This document shows positions 13,201-25,032 of a stretch of 64,000 bases of DNA, one piece after another. The first letter of the stretch is position 1, and each line of letters starts with the position of its first letter. The notes under the pieces are model-generated. The model searched no databases and had not been told where the DNA came from. It was given only the letters and a program-made list of their open reading frames with translations. The DNA comes from Antedon mediterranea. Lineage: Eukaryota; Animalia; Echinodermata. The translations under genes and the position numbers were made by a program. The stretch covers positions 1-64,000 of the forward strand of contig NC_092675.1 in NCBI RefSeq assembly GCF_964355755.1, in the 5' to 3' direction.

Positions 13201-16200
13201 TTACATGTCTAGTTGGTTATCCGCAACGAAGTTGCAGGATAACCTCTTGTGATTGTACGAAATCATCATCATCATCATCATCATCATCAACTTTTTATTG
13301 GTTATCCGCCTCAAGCGGATAACCTTTGTTATTGTAGTGTTACTTTTTTTTTTTATTATTCTTCTTTCTTTCTCGGATTTTGTGCACGCGTTTTCTCTTT
13401 AACGTGTTGACATAACATGTTGTAACTTCGTCAACATATAGACATTTAACTGAAGATGTACTGCCAAGCTTTTTGACAATGTCAGATCCGCGTAGCGTAA
13501 GTTACGCGCGATTTTCTGAAAATCTTAAATCGGTCATAACTTCGAAACCGATAAATATTTTTTAACGAAATTTTCAGCCACGTTTTCTTCACATCAATGG
13601 CTAACTTTTAGAATGTTTAACAAATTTTTGGAGATTAGAAAGTTTTCGCGTAAATTGCGTTTGAAATATTTTACTCTTCTTATTTTGTGCACGCTGTTTC
13701 TCTTCAACGTGTAAACATAATATGTTGTAACTTGTTCAGCATTTAGACATTTTACTGAAGTTTTCCAGCTAAGCTTTTTGACGATGTCAGAGCCGCGTAG
13801 CGTAAGTTACGCGTGATTTTCTGAAAATCTTAAATTGGTTATAACTTCGAAACAAATGAATATTTTTTAACGTCATTTTCAGCCACGTTTGCTTCACATC
13901 AATAGTTAACTTTTAACGCTACCGCAATTTGTAACATTAGAAAGTGCGCGCGTCAATGGCGTTTGAAATTTTAAAATGCTTCAAATCAATTTCTGATTAA
14001 ATTAGAGCACGATTCAGGTCATTTTAAGCGTTTAAAAAATTGCCACTGGTGCGCACATTTTTACGCGCGCACGGCGCAGGGAATACGTTTGAGCATTTCT
14101 TTTACACGATTTGTGTTTTTAAGTCTTCGGTTAACAATTTTACGTTATTTTATTAACTTTTCAACTTGAAATGGCGTTCTACGAGCACGTTAAACATGAC
14201 AGGTTGCGCACGAAAACGTCAACAAATTGTGAAAATGTTCCAAAATATGTCTACTTTTAAAAATGAAACAGTTCATCAGAATGTAAGGTTACCCCCATTT
14301 TTTATATTATTTTCTTGCAGTGTATAAATCATAGGTGTGATTTATTATAGTCTTGAATGTTAAAAAGTGTTTGAAGGCTACATTATTTGCATATTAAATG
14401 TAATTTTTGAAATAATTATCATCAAACAAACATAAACATATTCAAAGAGCAAAACAATAAACATAACGCTTATCTTTTTTCTTTACATGTTAATATATAA
14501 AACTAGAAAGTATGCACTTTCATAATATGTAACTGTTTAAAATTTGTGAAGATTTCATCATAGTAAAAATTATGATTTAAGTTCATTATGTAATAATCAA
14601 CTTGCATCGAGGGGGGGTTCACGACATACCGAATGAACGAGGACTCTTCCTTCGGATTTTTTTCAGCAGGTGCTCATATGGCTCGATGTGTAGTGCAACC
14701 GACTTTGCTATCAGATGTACCGGGTTCGAATCCCATCACGGGAAAACAATTAATTAAAAGGATTTATTTGGTTATTACACTGAAATGGCAGTTTTAATTT
14801 TGAATAGGCTACCCTTTTTTGGAAAAGTCATAACTGAGAAGTACTTTAATACGCAAGATACGTTTTGTTGCGGGCGGATAACCAAACTCGTCCTCAAGTG
14901 ACGAGTTTAGATCTAGTTCTTCTTCTTTCTTTCTGTATGATTTTTGTGTAACGCTTTTCTCTGAAACTTGCAAACATAACATTTTGTTAACTATGTTAAC
15001 ATTTTGACATTTATGTAACGTCGTCAAGCGAAGCTTTTCATGATGTTTACAATTGCGCAACGTGACGTACGCGCGATTTAACGATTTTCTCGTATTTAAC
15101 ATATGTCGAAAACCAAATAACATTTCAACTTGAAACTTTGCAAAAGTTTAATTTATATCATGCGCTAACTTTCTGTTGAAAAAAAATTGCGTGTTTTACA
15201 CAAACTTACGCGCGCACGCGCATTTAAAATTTCAAAATGCGCGAAACTAATTTATAATCAACTTTCTACGCGTTTCATGTCGTTTTAAACATGTCAAAAA
15301 TTCCCACGCGTGCGCACATTTTTACGTGAGCGGTGCGCACGTAGCATTGAAAACGTATTTTTTTCGCGTGATTTATGTTTTTCCAGCCTTTTTATGTAAT
15401 TTAACCAAATTTTTAACAATTTCGACTTAAAGATACGTCATACGAGCACGTCGAATTGGACAAATTGCGCGCGTTTTTTATGAAAAGGTTAAAAAATTCG
15501 TTTAAAATATGCCTTTTTTTAAACAGTCGTAATTTCTAAACTAGACGGTCAACTTTTTGTGGATGGCATATTCTGGAAGTAGATGAGTTGTAGATATCGG
15601 ATCAGGTATTAATATGGCTAACCGGACATTGTGACGTCATCGTATGGCCACGCGAATATAAAATTTAGGATTTTTGTATCTTTCGTCATAGCTCATCACA
15701 TTGAATAGAGCGCATCTCCACTTATCCGTTTTCCATTTTCACCCCGATTTTGATATTGTCTAGGTCAATCAACTATCTTTCGCATGAGTGAAAAATATTT
15801 TAATTTTTATGACGTCATCATGCCTAAAAATTGAAATCACGTGTGGCATCAATTTCATCTTTACAGTAAATTTTAATCTGTTATAGCTCGTAAGAATAAA
15901 ATGTGATAATCACGATTAAAACTTTTTCTGGAAGCTATTGGATTGTAGATACAAAATTATGTTAAAATGTTGCCAATCGGATGTTGTGACGTCATCATAT
16001 GGCCAGTTAAATAAAAAAGGTCATATTTTCATCTTTTGCGTCATAATTCATTACATTTAAAAGAGCGCGCATCAATATTTCACGTATTCAAATTTCTTCT
16101 ACACGCTAATACGTTGTTGCTGAGATAATTTCCTTTCGGAATTGCTACTTTCGCGTTTCATTTTAAAATCGTCAACATGTTAAAAATTGCAATAAATAGC

Positions 16201-19200
16201 GGGTCCCGTAATTTCACCTATTCTACACTGTATGTGATATGGATACAGATTAGACTGTGTATACTATATATGAATTTAAATAATAAAATTCAGCAATAAC
16301 AACATATCATATTCTTCAGTTCAGGTCATAATGCCAACGTGAACACTTCCTTTTGTCCTCAACCTATCCCCTTAATGTTAATGTTGCACCACTTGCGCGG
16401 CGGATAACCAAACTCGTCAAAGTGACGAGTTACATGTCTAGTTGGTTATCCGCAACGAAGTTGCAGGATAACCTCTTGTGATTGTACGAAATCATCAACA
16501 TCTTTTTCTTAATCTTCTTTCTTTCTGTATGATTTTTGTGTAACGCTTTTCTCTAAAACTTGCAAACATAACATTTTGTTAACTATGTTAACATTTTGAC
16601 ATTTATGTAACGTCGTCAAGCGAAGCTTTTCATGATGTTTACAATTGCGCAACGTGACGTACGCGCGATTTAACGATTTTCTCGTATTTAACATATGTCG
16701 AAAACCAAATAACATTTTAAAGTGAAACTTTGCAAAAGTTTAATTTATATCATGCGCTAACTTTCTGTTGAAAAAAAATTGCGTGTTTTACACAAAGTTA
16801 CGCGCGCACGCGCATTTAAAATTTCAAAATGCGCAAAATTAATTTATAATCAACTTTCTACGCGTTTCATGTCGTTTTAAGCATGTCAAAAATTCCCACG
16901 TGTGCGCACATTTTTACGTGTGCGGTGCGCACGTAGCATTGAAAACGTATTTTTTTCGCGTGATTTATGTTTTTCCAGCCTTTTCTAGTAATTTTACCAA
17001 ATTTTAAACAATTTCGACTTAAAGATACGTCATACGAGCACGTCGAATTGGACAATTTGCGCGCGTTTTTTATGAAAAGGTTAAAAAATTCGTTTAAAAT
17101 ATGCCTTTTTTTAAACAGTTGTAATTTCTAAACTAGACGGTCAACTTTTTGTGGATGACATATTCTGGAAGTAGATGAGTTGTAGGTATCGGATCAGGTA
17201 TTAATATGGCTAACCGGACATTGTGACGTCATCGTATGGCCACGCGAATATAAAATTTAGGATTTTTGTATCTTTCGTCATAGCTCATCACATTGAATAG
17301 AGCGCATCTCCACTTATTCGTTTTCCATTTTCACCCCGATTTTGATATTGTCTAGGTCAATCAACTATCTTTCGCATGAGTTAAAAATATTTTAATTTTT
17401 TTGACGTCATCATGCCTAAATATTTAAATCACGTGTGGCATCAATTTCATCTTTACAGTAAATTTTAATCTGTTATAGCTCGTAAGAATAAAATGTGATA
17501 ATCACGATTAAAACTTTTTCTGGAAGCTATTGGATTGTAGATACGAAATTATGTAAAAATGTTGCCCATCGGATGTTGTGACGTCATCATATGGCCAGTT
17601 AAATAAAAAAGGTCGTATTTTCATCTTTTGCGTCATAATTCATTACATTTAAAAAAGCGCGCATCAATATTTCACGTATTCAAATTTCTTCTACACGCTA
17701 ATACGTTGTTGCTGAGATAATTTCCTTTCGGAATTGCTACCTTCGCGTTTCATTTTAAAACCGTCAACATGTTAAAAATTGCAATAAAAAGCGGGTCCCG
17801 TAATTTCACCTATTCTACACTGTATGTCACTGAGCTGTATGTGATATGGATACAGATTATACTGTGTATACTATATATGAATTTAAATAATAAAATTCAG
17901 CAATAACAACATATCATATTCTTCAGTTCAGGTCATAATGCCAACGTGAACACTTCCTTTTGTCCTCAACCTATCTCCTTAATGTTAATGTTGCACCACT
18001 TGCGCGGCGGATAACCAAACTCGTCAAAGTGACGAGTTACATGTCTAGTCTTAATCTTCTTTCTTTCTGTATGATTTTTGTGTAACGCTTTTCTCTAAAA
18101 CTTGCAAACATAACATTTTGTTAACTATGTTAACATTTTGACATTTATGTAACGTCGTCAAGCGAAGCTTTTCATGATGTTTACAATTGCGCAACGTGAC
18201 GTACGCGCGATTTAACAATTTTCTCGTATTTAACATATGTCGAAAACCAAATAACATTTTAAAGTGAAACTTTGCAAAAGTTTAATTTATATCATGCGCT
18301 AACTTTCTGTTGAAAAAAAATTGCGTGTTTTACACAAAGTTACGCGCGCACGCGCATTTAAAATTTCAAAATGCGCAAAATTAATTTATAATCAACTTTC
18401 TACGCGTTTCATGTCGTTTTAAGCATGTCAAAAATTCCCACGCGTGCGCACATTTTTACGTGTGCGGTGCGCACGTAGCATTGAAAACGTATTTTTTTCG
18501 CGTGATTTATGTTTTTCCAGCCTTTTCTAGTAATTTTACCAAATTTTAAACAATTTCGACTTAAAGATACGTCATACGAGCACGTCGAATTGGACAATTT
18601 GCGCGCGTTTTTTATGAAAAGGTTAAAAAATTCGTTTAAAATATGCCTTTTTTTAAACAGTTGTAATTTCTAAACTAGACGGTCAACTTTTTGTGGATGA
18701 CATATTCTGGAAGTAGATGAGTTGTAGGTATCGGATCAGGTATTAATATGGCTAACCGGACATTGTGACGTCATCGTATGGCCACGCGAATATAAAATTT
18801 AGGATTTTTGTATCTTTCGTCATAGCTCATCACATTGAATAGAGCGCATCTCCACTTATTCGTTTTCCATTTTCACCCCGATTTTGATATTGTCTAGGTC
18901 AATCAACTATCTTTCGCATGAGTTAAAAATATTTTAATTTTTTTGACGTCATCATGCCTAAATATTTAAATCACGTGTGGCATCAATTTCATCTTTACAG
19001 TAAATTTTAATCTGTTATAGCTCGTAAGAATAAAATGTGATAATCACGATTAAAGCTTTTTCTGGAAGCTATTGGATTGTAGATACGAAATTATGTAAAA
19101 ATGTTGCCCATCGGATGTTGTGACGTCATCATATGGCCAGTTAAATAAAAAAGGTCGTATTTTCATCTTTTGCGTCATAATTCATTACATTTAAAAGAGC

Positions 19201-22200
19201 GCGCATCAATATTTCACGTATTCAAATTTCTTCTACACGCTAATACGTTGTTGCTGAGATAATTTCCTTTCGGAATTGCTACCTTCGCGTTTCATTTTAA
19301 AACCGTCAACATGTTAAAAATTGCAATAAAAAGCGGGTCCCGTAATTTCACCTATTCTACACTGTATGTCACTGAGCTGTATGTGATATGGATACAGATT
19401 ATACTGTGTATACTATATATGAATTTAAATAATAAAATTCAGCAATAACAACATATCATATTCTTCAGTTCAGGTCATAATGCCAACGTGAACACTTCCT
19501 TTTGTCCTCAACCTATCTCCTTAATGTTAATGTTGCACCACTTGCGCGGCGGATAACCAAACTCGTCAAAGTGACGAGTTACATGTCTAGTTTCTCTTCT
19601 TTCTTTCTGTATGATTTTTGTGGAACGCTTTTCTCTAAAACTTGCAAACATAACATTTTGTAACTTTTTCAACATATTTTCATGCACATGAAGATGTGCA
19701 GCGAAGCTTTTCATGATGTTTACAATTGCGCAACGTGACGTACGCGCGATTTAACGATTTTGTCGTATTTAACATAGCTCGACAACCAAATAACATTTCA
19801 ACTTGAAACTTTGCAAAAGTTTAATTTATATCATGCGCTAACTTTCTGTTGAAAAAAAATTGCGTGTTTTACACAAAGTTACGCGCGCACGCGCATTTAA
19901 AATTTCAAAATGCGCAAAATTAATTTATAATCAACTTTCTACGCGTTTCATGTCGTTTTAAGCATGTCAAAAATTCCCACGCGTGCGCACATTTTTACGT
20001 GTGCGGTGCGCACGTAGCATTGAAAACGTATTTTTTTCGCGTGATTTATATTTTTCCAGCCTTTTCTAGTAATTTTACCAAATTTTAAACAATTTCGAAT
20101 TAAAGATACGTCATACGAGCACGTCGAATTGGACAATTTGCGCGCGTTTTTTATGAAAAGCTTAAAAAATTCGTTTAAAATATGCCTTTTTTTAAACAGT
20201 CGTAATTTCTAAACTAGACGGTCAACTTTTTGTGGATGACATATTCTGGAAGTAGATGAGTTGTAGATATCGGATCAGGTATTAATATGGCTAACCGGAC
20301 ATTGTGACGTCATCGTATGGCCACGCGAATATAAAATTTAGGATTTTTGTATCTTTCGTCACAGCTTATCACATTGAATAGAGCGCATTTCCACTTATCC
20401 GTTTTCCATTTTCACCCCGATTTTGATATTGTCTAGGTCAATCAACTATCTTTCGCATGAGTTAAAAATATTTTAATTTTTTTGACGTCATCATGCATAA
20501 AAATTTAAATCACGTGTGGCATTAATTTCATCTTTACTGTAAATTTTAATCTGTTATAGCTCGTAAGAATAAAATGTGATAATCACGATTAAAACTTTTT
20601 CTGGAAGCTATTGGATTGTAGATACGAAATTATGTTAAAATGTTGCCAATCGGCTGTTGTGACGTCATCATATGGCCAGTTAAATAAAAAAGGTCGTATT
20701 TTCATCTTTTGCGTCATAATTCATTACACTTAAAAGAGCGCGCATCAATATTTCACGTATTCAAATTTCTTCTACACGCTAATACGTTGTTGCTGAGATA
20801 ATTTCTTTTCGGAATTGCTACCTTTGCGTTTCATTTTAAAACCGTCAACATGTTAAAAACTGCAATAAATAGCGGGTCCCGTAATTTCACCTATTCTACA
20901 CTGTATGTGATATGGATACAGATTATACTGTGTATACTATATATGAATTTAAATAATAAAATTCAGCAATAACAACATATCATATTCTTCAGTTCAGGTC
21001 ATAATGCCAACGTGAACACTTCCTTTTGTCCTCAACCTATCCTCTTAATGTTAATGTTGCACCACTTGCGCGGCGGATAACCAAACTCGTCAAAGTGACG
21101 AGTTACATGTCTAGTTCTTATTTCTTTCCTTCCATTTTTGTGTAGAGCGTTTCTCTAACATGTGTAAACATAACATTTCATAACTTTGACAACATGTGGG
21201 CATTTACGTGAAGTTGTGCACCTCCTATTTTTGAATGACGTCAGAGTTGCGCAACGTGACTTACGCGCGATTTATGATTTGTTATGATTGATCATAGATT
21301 AAAAACTAAAAGTGATTGTTAATTGACACTTTGTGAAATTTTAATTTATATCATGCGCTAACTTTCTGTTGGAAAAAAATTGCGTGTTTTACACAAAGTT
21401 ACGCGCGCACGCGCATTTAAAATTTCAAAATGCGCAAAAATAATTTCTAATCAACTTTCTACGCGTTTCATGTCATTTTAAGCATGTCAAAAATTACCGC
21501 GCGCGCAAAAAATATTACGCGTACGGTACGCATAGAGCATGAAAATCATGTTTTTTTCACTTGAATTGTGATTTTCCAGCCTTTCCTACTCATTTTCAAA
21601 AAGATTGACATCATTTCAAATTAAAATTACGTCATACGAACACGTTGATTTAGCCCATTTGCGCGCGTTTTAGTTGAAAAAGTTACAAAATGTTGTCAAA
21701 ATTATGCCTATTTTGAATCTTTTATAGCTTCTCAGGATCAACGATTACCACTAATTTTTTTAACTTAATATGTAAGCAGATATGTTGTAGATATGAATTC
21801 ATGCAGAACATTTACCTCTTGGATGTTGTGACGTCATCATATGGCCACACGAATGTAAAATATAGGATTTTTTTGTCTTTCGTTATTGCTCATCACATTC
21901 AATGGAGCGTATCACGCTTATACGTATTTCTTTTTCTCTGAGATTTTAATATTGTCTAGGTCAATCAACTATCTTTCGCATGAGATAAAAATATTTTAAT
22001 TTTTATGACGTCATCATGCCTAAAAATTTAAATTACGTGGGTCATTAATTTCATCTTTACAGTAAATTTTAATCTGTAATAGCCCGTCAAAATAAAATGT
22101 GATAATCACGATTAAAACATTTTCTGGAAGCTCTTGGATTGTAGATATGAAATCATGTGAACATTTTGCCAATCAGATGCTGTGACGTCATCATATCGCC

Positions 22201-22995
22201 AGTTAAATAAAAAAAGTCGTATTTTCATCTTTTGCATCATAGTTCATTATATTTAAAAGAGCGCGCATCAATATTAAACGTATTCAAATTTCTTCTACAC
22301 GTTAATATGTTGTTGCTGAGATAATTTCCTTCCGAAATTGCTATCTTAGTGTTTCATCTCGATACCGTCGCCATGTTACAAATTTGAATAAATGGCGGGT
22401 CCCGTAATTTCACCTATTCTACACTGTATGTAACATGTATACAGATTATACTGTTTGCATGTATATACTATATGACACAAAATTGACAGAATTCAGCACT
22501 AACAACATATCATATTCTTCAGATCAGGTCATAATGCCATAATTTTTTTCTGTGTGCAATAATCTAACGTATGACGTGCACGTGGCGTTTGTCGTGCGGA
22601 TAACTAACTCGTCAAAGTGACGAGTTACATGTCTAGTTAGTTTTGTACTTGGTTGTGTAAAAAATAAATGACAAACTGTTTTGTAGCACTATATTATCCC
22701 TTAACTACAGAGGAAATATTTAAATATTTAAATAAGTGTAAACATAATTCCTCCATGCTGTAACTTTACATTCTATTTCTCTTATTAGTTCTCACAGAAT
22801 GCTGATTTGAAAGAACAATTACTAAAAACGCGAGGTACAACATTAGGAGAAGCAAGTGCGCGAGACCATGTATGGGGTATAGGACTTGGCTTAAAAAACC
22901 CATTGGCATTGGACAAGAAGAATTGGAAAGGGCAGAATCTTTTAGGTTACATTTTGACTGAAATAAGAGAAGAACTGATTGCAGAAGGAAGTTAA
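4212..22995 (+). CDS. NADAR family (YbiA/COG3236-like) N-glycosidase / ADP-ribosylhydrolase-like protein, 183 aa, 3 coding exons
   Basis: Exons 4212-4404, 4899-5050, 22789-22995 join in frame across GT-AG introns (phases 1, 0). Family motifs: PFSNFYP, YSCSEQYMMYQKA-VLF, KQLGRKVQNFDQDLW, KAK|FSQN, EASARDHVWGIG, WKGQNLLGYIL. Confidence 0.93.
4442..4764. mobile_element. Degenerate MITE (Tc1/mariner-like ends) with a second small inverted-repeat element inside
   Basis: Outer imperfect inverted ends GAATCCCTAATCAAGGAACACCT / AGGTGTTTCCCCTGATAGGGATTC. Inner perfect inverted repeat GGCAAATCAAATCAAACGTCAATG (~4597) / CATTGACGTTTGATTTGATTTGCC (~4686). Confidence 0.55.
5177..22636 (+). mobile_element. 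Tandem and nested array of non-autonomous Helentron/DINE-1-like rolling-circle elements (11 bodies of ~1.5 kb, 9 heads)
   Basis: Each body ends GCGGATAAC(C/T) + hairpin ACTCGTC-(A)AAGT-GACGAGT + TACATGTCTAG. CTAG ends at 6762, 8423, 10031, 11555, 13212, 14916, 16441, 18048, 19590, 21114, 22636. Heads TT(A/G)GTTATCCGC-loop-GC(A)GGATAAC start at 5177, 6763, 6833, 8424, 11556, 11621, 13213, 13298, 16442. B-type heads carry a (CAT)n microsatellite. No target-site duplication and no RepHel ORF. Confidence 0.85.
13298..14916 (+). mobile_element. Divergent subfamily member of the array (type D), with an internal ~300-bp duplication and a tRNA-like cassette
   Basis: Head TTGGTTATCCGCCTCAAGCGGATAACC. 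Tail GCGGATAACCAAACTCGTCCTCAAGTGACGAGTTTAGATCTAG. Removing it restores ACTTTTTA|TTCTTCTTCTTTC, as seen intact at ~8500. Confidence 0.8.
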
Positions 22996-24576
22996 ATAAT
23001 TTGTTATTAAATGACAAGCCCTTATTTTTGAACGAGAGACTATTACTACTCTAACTAGCCTAGTAATTAAACAAATGTTTAGTGGTTTATGGAATTGCTA
23101 AATTCATTTTGAGTTGGTTGCCAATAATATTATTTGGAGTGTGATTTAATTGGATTTGAACAACTTCATAGTGATATTAAAAAGTGTCTTTGCATTATAG
23201 TAGTGTGAACTCGACATGCAATTACAAACAAAATATGATTTATTGAATAGGTCATTATAATGCAACACAATTTAGGGCACAAAATAAACAAGAATTATCT
23301 TTTTTTAAATGCTTATATACTATTGTTAGCGGTAGAATATTCTATCTAAGGCATATTTTGTACTTAAGGCATAATTTTATGAAATTGTGTTGGATTTGAG
23401 TGATTAATTTACTAATGACATGTTTTTGCACAGGCCTGAGGCCACTGGGCAAATTTTCGACATATTTTAATGCCAACAAACTCCGGGGCACCTGGGATTA
23501 GCCAATGAGCGCTCATAACCATTATGCTTGGCCACTTACAAGCTCCTCAAACCACTTGCAAATGATATCTACTGCCACTGCTTGTATAGAAACAGCGAGG
23601 ATTTGGAGCAGCTAGATGTAATATATGTCAAAATGGAGTTCTTTTTGGATTACAGTAGTATAGTATTTCTAGCATATATTATGAATATTATATATTTAAT
23701 GTAATTGTATAATGAATAAATAATAAATTTCAATAATGTTGTACTGGTTTTGCTGTATACACATGTTGACATGGTAGGTCTATTTTTGTTTACAAAAAAA
23801 AAGTAAACAGTACATTAAACAGCATTAAATTATAATATTTATTGATATTCATTCATTATACTTTCTATTATTATTCTACTTATACTACTACTAATTATTT
23901 CCACCTCAGTCTAACAGCATTATATCCAGTTAACAACATAATTTACATATTATTCAGTCTAGGTTCTAGATGGTAATTCGGTATAATATATTTATATTAA
24001 AAAACATTTGGCACACATGACATGTACCTATATTTCAGTTAAAACAGAAATCAAAGCGCTGATGGCGCTCTTACAGGAATACTAAATATTATATATCTAA
24101 CACTGTATACTGTTAATAATCAAATACAAAGTTTCAATAATCTAATTTAATCAATCAGTACTATTTGCTAACTTTGGGTAATGATACACTTTCGTATTAG
24201 TCCTACTATTCCAAGCACCAAACAAACAGTATAAAATACTAATATTTAATAAAACTGCAGTATTTAAATAATCAAAATCAAATAAAATAATCAAAATTAA
24301 AATTGCAAAACATATATATTACTACCTGTTTTTTTTTTGCACCATTTTTACTACTAATGGGTAAATAATGCCATGACTTCATGATTTACAAATTATTTCT
24401 GAATGGCAGAAAAAGTACAACAAATTTTTTCAGAATTCATCTGCATGTACTACCACATTTTCATTAAAATAAAGTATTATATCTATCTATGTATTCTCAT
24501 GGCGTTAGCCCTTAACATGACTCCCCTGTAAAAGGAGACGTACAGCATATGAATCTCATTTATGTACCTAATTTCC

Positions 24577-24735
24577 AGACTTCTGCAAACTATTCTAAAT
24601 AGTTTGAAAAAAAATGTGATGTGTCCAAATATGGTAGTAATATGCCCAAATATGGTATTGATATGATCATCATCATCATCATGTCCATATATGGGCACAT
24701 CACATTTTTTTGTCACGCAAATTTGATAGAGTTGA
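24577..24735. mobile_element. Degenerate copy of the ~150-bp AGCTCTGTCTACACTATCAAAC MITE family, in the likely HMGCS 3' UTR
   Basis: Shares the core GTGATGTG.CCAAATATGGTAGT...CATGTCCATATATGGGCACATCAC with the copies at 42880, 43170 and 53838. Confidence 0.7.
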
Positions 24736-25032
24736 TACTATAAAGTACAGCAAGTTTAAACAAATTTTAGTGGCGGTTTCATCGCTGTTGGTTGTGAACT
24801 GAATAAATAAAATTTACCCAGGTCAAGAGTTAATTCACATGCCTAAATTCCATGACTTTTGAACAGTTTTACACGACATTAAAACGAAATAATTAAAAAA
24901 AAGGATTAATTAGACAGAGCTTTAGAGTGTCTATCAAAAGACATCAACTTCTAATGTTTAGCTACTTTTTTTTGGTAACTCTGCAAATAAAACTGTTGTG
25001 TAGTGTATGCAGTTACTCTCAGTTTTAGTTAA

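Noticed and set aside
7502-20136. Recurrent short ORFs in the array (MLFGFRHM..., MSNSTCSY..., MKSFAAHL...)
   Set aside because: They recur only because the DNA repeats. They have non-ATG or inconsistent starts, stops that vary by copy, and no Rep/helicase or other domain motifs.
5177-22636. Array as a CRISPR-like repeat-spacer locus
   Set aside because: The 1.5-kb segments between the conserved junctions are homologous to each other rather than unique spacers. The context is eukaryotic and there are no cas genes.
22637-22642. TTAGTT at both array boundaries (5177 and 22637) as a target-site duplication
   Set aside because: TTAGTT is part of the element head itself (also at 6833 and 11621), and internal nested insertions show no TSD. 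It is at most microhomology or target preference.
23700-23845. Convergent poly(A) signals of NADAR (AATAAA ~23715) and HMGCS (TTTATT ~23838)
   Set aside because: Such hexamers are too common in this AT-rich DNA to call without transcript data.
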